64,000 nt of DNA from assembly GCF_964188315.1 (NCBI RefSeq), contig NC_135660.1, positions 42,160,001 to 42,224,000 on the forward strand. Direction: 5' to 3'. The DNA comes from Podarcis muralis. Its lineage: Eukaryota. The notes beneath the pieces are model-generated. The model saw only the letters and a list, made by a program, of their open reading frames with translations, ran no database searches and was not told the DNA's origin. Below are positions 11,501-26,704 of this stretch, one piece after another (positions within the stretch are counted from its first letter, which is position 1; the number at the start of each line of letters is the position of its first letter). A program made the position numbers and the translations under genes.

Positions 11501-14500
11501 CACTGCAAACTAGTGTGACAACAGACTTCTGAGAGCTACTTGTCCATCACAGCAGTGTTGGGCAATGAGACAAAGGTGGTAGGAGGAGAGAGATGGAGGC
11601 AGGTGTTTGGCCCAGTCGAACCATGGAAGAATGGCCAGGAAGGGCTAGGCAACAGCCCAGCAACCACCCTGCTCTGCTGCTGCCTGTCTCTCCAGTGACA
11701 CCATTTCAGCCTTAGCAACATCAGAGGATAAGAGAATTGGAGGAGGGAGACAGGTGGGAAACCTAGGTGAGCTGTGGGCAAACTACCGTATTTTTCGCTC
11801 TATAACACGCACCTGACCATAACACGCACATCGTTTTTAGAGGAGGAAAACAAGGAAAAAAATTCTGAATGAAACAGTGGATGTATCATTTTTGTGCTTC
11901 ATGCTGTGGCCACAGACATGTGATCTGATGGTGAATTTGGGGTAGCTCAATGCAAAGATCCTGAGGATCCATGTGGACCCATGCTTTTAACCACATTTTT
12001 GCACCATTGCAGCCCCAGGCAACAGTGGGTGTGTGATTTTTGGGGGGCAGGCTGCTATGTGATCTGATGGTGAATTTGGGGTGGCCCAATGCAAAGATCC
12101 TGAGGATCCATGTGGATCCATGCTTTTTAACCACGTTTTTGCACCATTGCAGCCCCAGGCAACAGTGGGTGTGTGATTTTTGGGGGGCAGGCTGCTATGT
12201 GATCTGATGGTGAATTTGGGGTGGCCCAATGCAAAGATCCTGAGGATCCATGTGGATCCATGCTTTTTAACCACGTTTTTGCACCATTGCAGCCCCAGGC
12301 AACAGTGGGTGTGTGATTTTGGGGGGGCAGGCTGCTATGTGATCTGATGGTGAATTTGGGGTGGCCCAATGCAAAGATCCTGAGGATCCATGTGGATCCA
12401 TGCTTTGTAACTACATTTTAAGTGGGGAGTGAAGGAAAAACACAGAAGGGACAAGAGAGCGGTGTGCAGAGAAGCAGCTGGCTAAGAAAGCAGGAGAGAG
12501 ATTTTATGGGAGGGAGGAAAGAAAGGCAAAAGTTTCCACAAACCGAAGCCAGCTTTCTCTCTCCTCCTGCATGTTTTCTGGCTGCCTGCGAGGAGCACGG
12601 AGAGGAATTAGAAGGAAAGACCTCTGCTTTCCCCTCTGCTTGCCTGGAGGGGAGGGGATTTTCCTGCTCTTTGTTCCGTTTGAGCAAACACAGCAACGAA
12701 ACAGAGGAGGGTGGGCAGTAAGACCCTGAGGCAGAATGCAGGAAAGCAACCACTTCCTCTTTTCAGGTTTCCCTCTCCGACACAAGACACAACGCACGGT
12801 TGATTTTTGCTGATTTTTGTTCCTGCGCTCCCCTAATCGGCTCCAGGGACTCCCCCCCCCCCACATTCGCTCCATAACACGCACAGACATTTCCCCTTCC
12901 TTTTTAGGAGAAAAAATCTGCGTGTAATAGAGAGAAAAATACGGTAATGGGAGCAGGTAGTGGTGGTTTGATGTGCTCTAATGGGAGGGGTTGACTTGGT
13001 GATGCATGAGAGGAGGGGGGGTTGACATGTGGGTGGGTGTAGCTGGCAAGTGCAGTGAGCAAGAGCTCAGCCCCTAGTAATAAATATCAGGGCTCTTGGT
13101 CTGTTCAGCCCCCAAATACCAGAAGCCCAAGTTCCTTCATTAGCAAGTCCAGTATAAACCTTGCAAGCATTGCTCTCGTCAGAACAAAGTGTTGTTGATG
13201 GAAAGGAAGAAGCACGTACTTCATCTCAAAAACTAGCTTTGATTTTTCTCCTCCACAGAGCAGAAAGCATCATCGACTGTAATCCTAAAATTACTTTTGT
13301 TACTTAGAAAAGTGGGAGGGGGAATTGCATTGAACTTACTGTTCCCTGTGATTACTCTGTTCGATTTGTCCAATCTGAAATTCAGTTATGGTTTTCTCTC
13401 CCCTTTTTCCCCACCCCCAATATTCCCACCCAGGTTTGCAGCATTAACTCTCGTTTTGCCAAGGTGCACATCTTGTATGTCGGCTCTACACCATTAAAAT
13501 CCCCATTCCGTGGAACTATCCGGTAGGAAGACAACGTTGTTGTGGGGGCTTCTTCTGAGGTGTTGGATGTCTGCACTTTTAGAGAGGAGATAAGGCCAGC
13601 CCTTACAAATATTTTGTTTTACTCTCATCATTAGCACTTGAGCACTAGTGGGAATTGTTTTATTATATTTATGTTCCTTTCATTTATATAATTTTGTTGT
13701 GGAACCCAAGGCAGTGTTTGGATCCCTGGCAGTCATCCATCTAGCCACTAGCAAGACCCAGATCTGCTTCATTCAGTAAGGTGCTTGGCCTCATGTTCAG
13801 ACTTCTTGGTTTTTCATCTAAACTAGCCAGCCCTTCCTCCAAAAGCTGCTGCTTCTTCTTTGGCAGTCATTCATAGCTGAGTCAATATAGTCAGTTTTCT
13901 TTTAGGGGAGGGAGAGGAAGACTAAGGTGAACTCTTACCTTCTCTTCTCCTGCTGCAGGAAAGAAGATGTCAGAGCTACAGAGAAAGACAAGGTCAGTGG
14001 AATAAACATTTTGGTTACATGTGATGGGAATAGGTAGTATTCCTAATGCGCATAGCCAGGAGCCTTTCTTCCTGGCACGAACACATACATGTGTGTGGCG
14101 GACTAGGACATGGGAGACTTTGAAGCCCTCTGGGTGTCCTTGGGCTAGTCACCATCTCTCTGCCTAATCTACCTCACAGGGTTGCTGTGAAGACAGTATC
14201 GAGAGGGGGACAAGTGGGTTTGCCACCTTGAGCTCATTAGATAAAACCGTGTGATTAAAAAAAAAAAATTACTGATGTTGGGGAAACTTACCTGAGGAAG
14301 AGCAAAACCTTGTGGGGGCAGGAGGACATTTAGCAATGCCTCTTTTTGTACATTTGTTGAAGAAAAGGCTTGTGATTTCTGGATAAAGTACATCTTAGCA
14401 CAAGATCTGATGGATGTCCTCTTCGTGTTCAAATCGGCCATGTTTCACTGCACACTTTCCCTCGAAGTTGTATTTTGCTTTTCACACTTTCTCTTTCCTT

Positions 14501-15231
14501 CCCACCTCATGCATGGTGACAGGTAGAGGTTTACAAGAGTTTCCGCCCAGGAGATATTGTTTTGGCCAAAGTTGTATCCTTTTCTTGTTTCTGCCTTTAT
14601 GTGCTGTGTATGTATGTGCTAGCTGGAAGAGAAATCTTTAGGCATTGCACCTTAACTCAGCCCGTGGGGCTAGATCTCTCTGGGTGATGCACAGTCCAAC
14701 TATTTGCTGACAACAGCGGAAAATGAGCTGGGGGTAGTAGTGGCTCATAGTGAAGCAGGTAAGACCAGTCTCGTTCCAAGCAGGTTGTACATAACGCTGA
14801 AATCTACTGAACATGCCAACATATTCTGGACCTCTTAAATGTATGATTAAGGAAGAAGCATTAGTAACATCACTATTGAAGGAAGACATTCTGTAATATA
14901 GAATATCCACTTAGGTTGTAAAGTGAAAAGGGCAGTTTATGGATGCAGTAACTAAATTTCAGAGAGCCAGGTAGTGGTATATTTATTTATTTTTTTATTT
15001 TTTTATATACTGCCCTATATCTGGGGGTCTCAGTGTGGTTGCAAGGCACCTTTAATGAGGGGAGGAATCTTTCTTTCCCTGGGAAGGATGTCTGTGTAAC
15101 TATGGATTTCTGCTCTGATTTCAGGAGTACAGATGGTGCCAATCAGCTGGTGTGAAATGCAGTGCCCCAGTACACATAGCAAGGAACTGCGCAAGGTAGC
15201 CAGAGTACAGCCCCAGTTTCTGCAGACGTAG
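8428..15231 (+). CDS. EXOSC1: Exosome complex component CSL4 (EXOSC1), complete, 194 aa
   Basis: Exons 8428-8455, 10068-10183, 11006-11080, 13434-13522, 13959-13992, 14523-14573, 14674-14758, 15125-15231 (585 nt, TAG stop). MAPARYCVPGERLCSLEEGTPGSGTYTRHG...LLPDVGATVTCKVCSINSRFAKVHILYVG...[34 protein letters not shown]...KVARVQPQFLQT matches CSL4/EXOSC1. Confidence 0.96.
8816..9418. mobile_element. Unclassified, probably hAT-like, non-autonomous insertion inside the RTE fragment
   Basis: Interrupts the RTE reading frame. One end reads CAGGGCCATCTTT (minus), the other is degenerate. Contains a long internal hairpin at 9158-9260. Confidence 0.45.
8911..9057. mobile_element. hAT MITE with telomere-like TTAGGG motifs
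   Basis: Perfect 17-bp TIR CAGTGGCGTAGCGTGGG, 8-bp TSD CCAGCAGC (8903-8910 and 9058-9065), internal GGGTTAGGGTTAGGGGGCGCAAAT...GGGTTAGGGGGCGCAAAT. Confidence 0.88.
10351..10495 (+). mobile_element. tRNA-derived SINE with a CR1-type 3' tail
   Basis: Degenerate tRNA-Ile-like head (TAGTTCAGTTGGTTAGAGCATGGTGCTGATAA...GGTTCAATC) fused to GGGTTGGACTAGATGATC...TTCCAACTCT...ATGATTCT; the same tail occurs at about 39690-39765 (-) and 50120-50190 (+). Confidence 0.7.
11246..11445 (+). mobile_element. tRNA-derived squamate SINE with an L2-like tail; further copies at about 14085-14255 (+), 52850-53065 (-) and 53141-53345 (+)
   Basis: Shared GGGTTCAAATCC..CACTGGGTGA..CAGTCAC..CTCAC(A)GGGTTGTT(G/A)TGAGGATAA body across the four copies. 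Confidence 0.6.
11786..12944. mobile_element. Non-autonomous Tc1/mariner (Tc2/pogo-like) element, 1159 bp, carrying a minisatellite
   Basis: TIR CCGTATTTTTCGCTCTATAACACGCA / TGCGTGTAATAGAGAGAAAAATACGG, TA flanks (11784-11785 and 12945-12946), no transposase ORF. Confidence 0.8.
11918..12419. repeat. Minisatellite, about 140-bp unit x 3.6
   Basis: Units start at 11918, 12057, 12197 and 12337; units 2 and 3 differ at one base. Confidence 0.95.
14574..14673 (+). other. U12-type GT-AG intron in EXOSC1 (100 nt)
   Basis: Donor GTATCCTTTT at 14574, branch site CCTTAAC at 14650-14656, TAG acceptor at 14671-14673, and no polypyrimidine tract before the acceptor. Confidence 0.92.
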
Positions 15232-15530
15232 TGACTGGTGTATGCCCAAAGATGCACAGCAAGTACATGAAAGGCTTTGCTACAGCTTGCAAGCTTAGAG
15301 GGGCATGGAAGCAGCCTCCTTTGCTGTTGCTGTGAATGGACCTTATGAGTGTGCAAAACAGATCTGGGCCACTTTGGCTTCTGGAATGGTCTGGGAAAGA
15401 AAAGTTGATGACAACTCCGGATTCCTCTTACTTTTATATTGCTGTTGTACTGTTTTATAAACCAACCAACTCTTCCCTGTTGTCCCTGTCTTTTCTGCCT
15501 GATTTTAATCTTAACACCTGGTAAAGGACA

Positions 15531-15595
15531 AATAAAACTGTCTTCCCTTCTTCCTTTCTGAGCCATAAGCAGTACTGTTTTTTATCTTTAATAAA
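15531..15595 (+). terminator. EXOSC1 polyadenylation signals
   Basis: AATAAA at 15531-15536 and 15590-15595, 300-360 nt after the stop codon. Confidence 0.6.
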
Positions 15596-15664
15596 TACCA
15601 CCTATAGGCGATATAAGTTTTCTCTAGAAAAGGTTAACTTCCTCCTTTGGGTACATTCAGTCCT

Positions 15665-15984
15665 GGGACGCGGGTGGCAGTGTGGTCTAAACCACTGAGC
15701 TTAGGGCTTGCCGATCGGAAGGTCAGCAGTTCAAATCCCCGTGCTCCTGCCCACCTAGCAGTTCAAAAGCATGTCAAAGTGCGAGTAGATAAATAGGTAC
15801 CGCTCCGGCAGGAAGGTAAATGTGCGCTGCTCTGGTTCGCCAGAAGTGACTTAGTCATGCTGGCCACATGACCCAGAAGCTGTCTGCGGACAAACTCCGG
15901 CTCCCTTGGCCAGTAAAGCAAGATGAGCACCACAACCCCTGAGTCGTCTGCGACTGACGGTCAGGGGCCCCTTTACCTTTTTTA
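15665..15984 (+). mobile_element. Sauria SINE between the convergent 3' ends of EXOSC1 and PGAM1
   Basis: tRNA-like head GGGACGCGGGTGGCAGTGTGG...GTTCAAATCC, core GTAGATAAATAGGTACCGCTCCGGC, (ACCTTT) tail. Confidence 0.85.
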
Positions 15985-16727
15985 CATTCAGTGCTAGATA
16001 GTTTGATCTAGTGAACCCCCTGCCCTTGTTGGAGGATATGTTATTGGAGAAGCAAGGGTGGTGATTAGGTGTGCAGGATCCCAGGCAGCGCCCAAGTTCT
16101 GAAGTAGATAGCTCCAAGGCACTTGAGAGGGAGAACCAAAGGAATGAATGCCTAGTCACAAACAAATGTCTGAGTGTAAGTAAACCAAGATTGACCTTTG
16201 TGTTCCCTCCTATTACTCTTGTGTTCACATTTTCTGTATACAGTACTGGCTTATGTTTAGTATCCACAGTATTGCAATGTTTTCACATTCCCATGTAAAC
16301 TAGTTACCAAATCTGGAAAAAAAAGAAAACAATGGTTTGAATCCCTTTCTTTGCCAACAGGGCCACGTGGAAGGGGAATCCCGTACTTGGGAACTGTACT
16401 TCTCTGTTGATCTGTAGCAGTTGTGTGTGTGTAAGCCAACAGGGACCCCAACCACCTGCAATGCTCATCTTGGGAGTGGTTTGGGGATCAGTTGAGTAGA
16501 ACATAAGACTTGTCCTTATATAGACTTTACCTACATGGGCTCCACAGCCAGTAGTTTTAAGATGGAGCAAAAGATGCCTGGGTCCTTTTCAGACCCGCTT
16601 GGAGGGGACAGATACTGTGACTAAATGGGAAAGGAGAGATGAAGAGTCAGCATAGGGACCAACAAGTAACACTATTTCTTGGAATCAATAAGATTGTACA
16701 GACACAGCAGCTATTGCACATAATTCC

Positions 16728-16733
16728 TTTATT
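16728..16733 (-). terminator. Candidate PGAM1 polyadenylation signal
   Basis: TTTATT on plus = AATAAA on minus, about 820 nt downstream of the PGAM1 stop. Confidence 0.55.
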
Positions 16734-17553
16734 TTACTGAGATTAGGGCAAATGCAGCCATTGTACAGTGAAGTGAGCCTCCAGTGTAAACCTGCCCTAA
16801 ATCAGGCAGGGATACCACACAGACTGTGGGGCAGAAAAGCAACACATGATGATACACAGTATCTGGGCTTACTGGCACTACACAGCAAAGTTACGGGATC
16901 GCAGCTGGAGATTCCAGGGTGGGTGCTGTTCCCTTTTCTCTTCCCCTAGCTTCACTCCTTCCTACAATCGTTCTGAAGGCAATGCAATAACGCGCTGGCT
17001 ATTGTTACCTAATACAGAATCAGACGTAACTCCAGGGACAACTAAAAATAAAAAAAGACTCTTTAGCAAAATTACATGCTCTCTTTAAAAAGACCCATAA
17101 AAAATAAATGGTCCTTGAGCATCCCTGTTGTGCTGTCTGAAGCACCCCTAGCTAGCCTTAATCACCAGTGACCAAACCTAATCGAGCAATACTACAGCTG
17201 CCACATAAAATGGGAAGAAGGCGGGAGGGGCTCTCTCTTCGGAATGCTTGGGGATTTCCCCCCCCCCTTCACTTTAGCAGCATCACATTCCATGGCGCTA
17301 GGGTTTGCTCATCTGCCAGACCCCTGTGCTGGACTGTGGTCCACGTCCCTAGTGTATCTAGCCATATCCTGCTGGGGGGGGGGGGGAGTGAATGTGGAAG
17401 GACGTTGGTCTTGAAGGAAAGAACATGGTGGCCCCAGGAAGCTTCACCTCCTTTGGCTCGTCTGCCCAGTCCCCTCAGGCTGTGGCAGGCATGTGCTGGG
17501 AAGGAAAGGGATGAGGGAGGGGGAGATCTTCTACGGAGTACTTGGGTTTCCTT

Positions 17554-22617
<5,064 letters not shown>

Positions 22618-22619
22618 GG

Positions 22620-22960
22620 CGGGAACCGAGAAGCTGGGATGCGATGCAAGCGCCGCGGATGCACTCTACACACTGCGACGCCACCGGCCGGGAGACGCTC
22701 GGCCAGGCAAGGGGCGTGCGCCCAAAGACCAGCCCTCCGTGGTGGCGCATCACAGGCATCCGCGCAGACAGGCAGCGGACAAATTCCGGGCTCGCTTTTC
22801 GCATAACTTTTTTCTACCCAAGAGAAATGAGAGTTGCCCATCAAGAAAGAAAGAAAGAAATCTAAGGTTTCGGCTTAGTTGTGATTGGGCAGCAGAATTC
22901 CCTCTCGCCAAACGCAGCAGCCAAGATAGGTGTGCAGAACTTTTCGTGTGAAAATCATAT
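22620..22960 (-). promoter_or_regulatory. PGAM1 CpG-island promoter/5'UTR
   Basis: CpG-rich sequence spanning exon 1 and its upstream flank; E-box CACGTG at 22220-22225 in intron 1. Confidence 0.6.
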
Positions 22961-24439
22961 TTAAGACATCTTTCTAAACGCTAAACGCAGCGCATCTTTA
23001 TGCAAGTCAACAGAGTTGATCGCCAATTTCGGCTGTGAACAAGTCCGAGGATAAGATAATTAAAATATATTTGTGGCAACCTTAAGAGTGTTTTCTATGG
23101 GGCTTTTTGTTGTTGTTGGAAACAAGGCTCGGGCCCATCTCTACTTTGCAAGTGGGCTCCATATGAAATACAGTAACTGGCTAATGGCCGAGCAATTTGT
23201 CAGTGTATTGAAACTATGTTAAATAGCACCTGCCACACAAAATAAGATCTGGATTACAAAGGAGCACGCTACATAAAAATTCTTAATATCTCCATTCACT
23301 GACTTCTCTGAGCAGTTCTTCCAACCCAGGAGAAACTAAAACCGCTTTTAAAGGAGCCAGGAAGTTTGCCTCCAGATAGTTGAATTGTACCTCTGCACCT
23401 TTACAATCTCTATGGGCATTCTAGCCCCACTCAACCCCCTCCCTCCGGATTCAGTATTGCGCATGCTCTGGTTTTCGGTCCGGCTGTCTGTCTCTCAGAC
23501 TGGAATTCATACGTGCGTTTTTTAGGAGGAACTATGAAGGTTTGGCGCATGCGTCCAGAAGGAGGTGCCTGGTCGCTCCCTCCGGCACGGCGCTCACGAA
23601 GCGCACGCGAAGGGCAACGTGACCTTCATCCGCTGGGATGGTCACCATTGCAATGTGCCTGGGCATCCCACACGGGCTGTGCTAGAGGGAGCGCGGTGGG
23701 GGAAAGAGCCCCCCCAAATTAATGAGCTCGCCCTCACTCCACCCCCTTCAGCTGCTAGACACCTGTCATTAACAATATGGTAATTTTTCTGCCAGAGATC
23801 TTAACGTGAGGACACAACTTGCTCATCCAGAAGTACACTTTGCTCCTTCTCTGCCCCTCTCCCCCGTTTCATCTGGTGCTACCCCTTCATCCCCGTGGAC
23901 TGCTCTGTTTTTAAATTTCACCCTTAATTCAAGATGTTATTTAACACAGCAAGGATAGATCCCTAAGGAGCCAGACTGGGCAGGTTAGAGTTGTATCGTA
24001 AGTGGAGCCATAAATTCCAGATGGGGTCCTTCAGAATGAGCACCAGCTTTGCATAGGATGAATACCTTGGAACAGCCACATGCTAGTGAACAGTAGACAC
24101 TTAACACCTATAGCACAGGCTCATAGCCAGTCCAGGCATTGGGGGCGGGGGGGGGGGGATGTTTGCAACTTTGCATGCTTGAATGTTCCTCTTGTGTGGC
24201 AGGGAATTCTGCCTCTAGAAAGCTAGAGTGTAAAGGAATGAAAGTCCCACCTTATTTTCTTCCTGTCGTGCTCAAAGCAGAGCAGATATCTGACCCCCAC
24301 CCCAGCTAAAGTGATACTGGCCTGAAAAAAACTTCACAAAAGTGTATGAGAGAATGTGATGCTAACAACCAATACCAAAATGAAGGTCTTCTAGGCTTGC
24401 AAGTTGAGCGTGCTGCTTTGTGGAAGTGAGTCATGGGCA

Positions 24440-24810
24440 GGAGTGACACCCCAATGCCATATGTGCTGTGTCAGGAAGATTTTGGGCATCACATGGCAGG
24501 ACAGAGTCTCAAACAAAGATGTGCTCTCCCAAGCCCACATTCCCAGCCTATTTGCACTTCTGTCTTAGCAGCCTTGGTCATGTACACATGACCAGCCAGG
24601 CAGGATCCCCTAGGATCTCTACACTACACTAACTCTGTGTTACAAAGATGTCCACAAACACGACATGAAGGTTGACAACATTAATCTTGCAGTGTGGGAA
24701 TCCCTTGCAGATGTTCACAGTGCCTGGAAACAGACAGATTGTGTATCCACAGCATGGACCAGAGGAGGAATGACCGCTGGGAGGAGCACAGAGAGAAGCA
24801 ACATCACAGT
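24440..24810 (+). mobile_element. Degraded RTE-clade LINE fragment
   Basis: Frames RKILGITWQDRVSNKDVLSQAHIPSLFALL and YKDVHKHDMKVDNINLAVWESLADVHSAWKQ resemble the RTE ORF C-terminus, with stops and frameshifts. Confidence 0.65.
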
Positions 24811-25211
24811 GCACCTGTAATGGATGTCTTCCCCTCACAGGTGCCAACTCCAACATGAGCACCCACAAAATTCCCCATGAAGGGGCTTGGCACCCACAAA
24901 TGTTGCTGCCAGGGCCATGCACACTGCATGGCACCATGGGCCCGGGCACCCATGGTCACAGGTCCAAGTTGGCACTCCTGCTTCCTCTGCAATAAACCTG
25001 CAATAAAACATATATTTCCTGTATTGGTATCTAGAGACACAGCAGGTGCTGTAACTCTCCAATGGTTTGACTTTACCTCCAAAAGCCACACTCTTCCATA
25101 AATGGCCTCCAAGGCACCTGGTCACAGTGTTGACACTAATCAATGCTGCCTAAGGCACTGTGCCTCCAGGTTACCCAAATTTCATACAAGACAAACTGCT
25201 GTTATATTTTC

Positions 25212-25715
25212 TTTTTTTTTAATGATATTTATTAGAAGTTTAATAGTTACAAAAAAAGAAAAAAAGAAAGACAATAAAAAATTACAATACATCAAAAATA
25301 AAAATAAAAACAGAAAACAATACAGCAAAACATTAAGAAAAACAAAAACACTTTAAAACACATCCAATATTTACGTATCTTTACCTTTCATTTACTTGTT
25401 TCATCGACCTCCTCACACCTCCCTTTTTTGTATTCTAGTTCAATTAGCTATTTCAGCAAATCCTTTCCATCTTTCTCAATTTTTGTTCTATAATTTACCT
25501 TAACCCAATCTGACCTTAAATTTTACACTTTGGCCCATTGACAATCTATTTTTACTTAGTTCTTTATAACATTTCTGCTAAAACCATGTAGCTTCATTCC
25601 AGCATCTTTCTAACATTCATTAATTTTACAGTATTTCTGTAAATATACTTTGAATTTTTTCCAATCTTCTTCCACCGACTCTTCTCCCTGGTCTCGGATT
25701 CTGCCAGTCATTTCG
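25212..25715 (-). mobile_element. 5'-truncated L1 3' end between the PGAM1 and RRP12 promoters
   Basis: EMTGRIRDQGEESVEEDWKKFKVYLQKYC, homologous to the C-terminus of the element at 62960; T-run tail; 19-bp TSD AAACTG(C/G)TGTTATATTTTC (25193-25211 and 25716-25734). Confidence 0.85.
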
Positions 25716-26439
25716 AAACTGGTGTTATATTTTCCACCAGCCTTGCTCTTGAAAACAAAATGTAGCACTTTTGAGTGCTACATCTAGCTTCACTAACAAT
25801 GAACCCCAAAACTTGGGATCTCCTGCAAACTGGTGCCTAAGTTATTCAGGCATTTTGCCACATCCCCCAAACTGTGAAACAGATACATGAAACTATCCAT
25901 TTGGAGTAAATTAGACAAGCTGGGGTTTTGAGTGCTGTTAACTAGAAAACACAGTTTGGAAAGTGCTGCAAAGCTTGAGGTTTCTGCTGCAAAACAACTG
26001 CAAAACTTTGGCACTGGTTTGGAGAGTATCGGACAACATTGGGTTTTGGGGTGACACCCATGACCCCTGGTTTGATGTATCAATTTCTCAGTTCAGGGTC
26101 ACTGCAAAACGTAAAATTGGGCTGAAAAACTCTGCAAAACGATGGCACTGATATGGAGGGGATTCTAAATTTGGGGGTTTGTAGTCAATACACCAATACG
26201 CAGCAGAGATGGAGTTGGAACCCATGTCTTTCTGCGAATAATTGTCAAGAAGGAATGGGATCAACGAATATGGCATTAAACAATAGTTTAACTCTTAGTT
26301 AATTAAAAAAAAGTTCGAAATCCGCTTTATATCTAATTTTTGCTATCAATCCTCACCACGCTCGTGAACAATTTAACCACCTTTTTTAAAAAAAGAAAAC
26401 AGCTTCTGGTGCCATAGCAGACAAATAGACTCATCTATT

Positions 26440-26704
26440 GAGTCACGGACTTGCGGCAGCATTAAGATTCTACTCCCCGGCCTTTTACGCCCACTACCCT
26501 TTCGTCGCATACGGAGGGTTATTAACGGGGTCGGAAGTGGATGTTGTATTTTTTCCCCTTTACCTCTTTGGATAGCGGCGGAAAACGTTGGAGGGAAAGC
26601 GGAAGTTGATTCTCCGCACGGAGGCGGATAACCGGAAGTACTTGGAAAACAAGGCGGAACTGAGGAGCCGCACGTGGGGTTTCTCGTGGCCTGCGCCGTT
26701 CAGA
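26440..26704 (+). promoter_or_regulatory. RRP12 promoter with tandem ETS/GABPA sites
   Basis: CGGAAGT at 26532-26538 and 26600-26606, ACCGGAAGT at 26631-26639; CpG-rich and TATA-less, directly upstream of the ATG at 26705. Confidence 0.7.

Noticed and set aside
11886-12369. Three repeated ORFs MVKKHGSTWILRIFALGH...
   Set aside because: Translation of the 140-bp minisatellite; the unit length is not a multiple of 3, so frames shift between copies. Not a CRISPR array either: there are no unique spacers and the context is eukaryotic.
24560-25110. Cluster of short ORFs with two AATAAA signals that looked like a small unannotated gene
   Set aside because: The upstream part translates as a decayed RTE LINE; the ORFs are short, occur on both strands and lack a credible exon structure.
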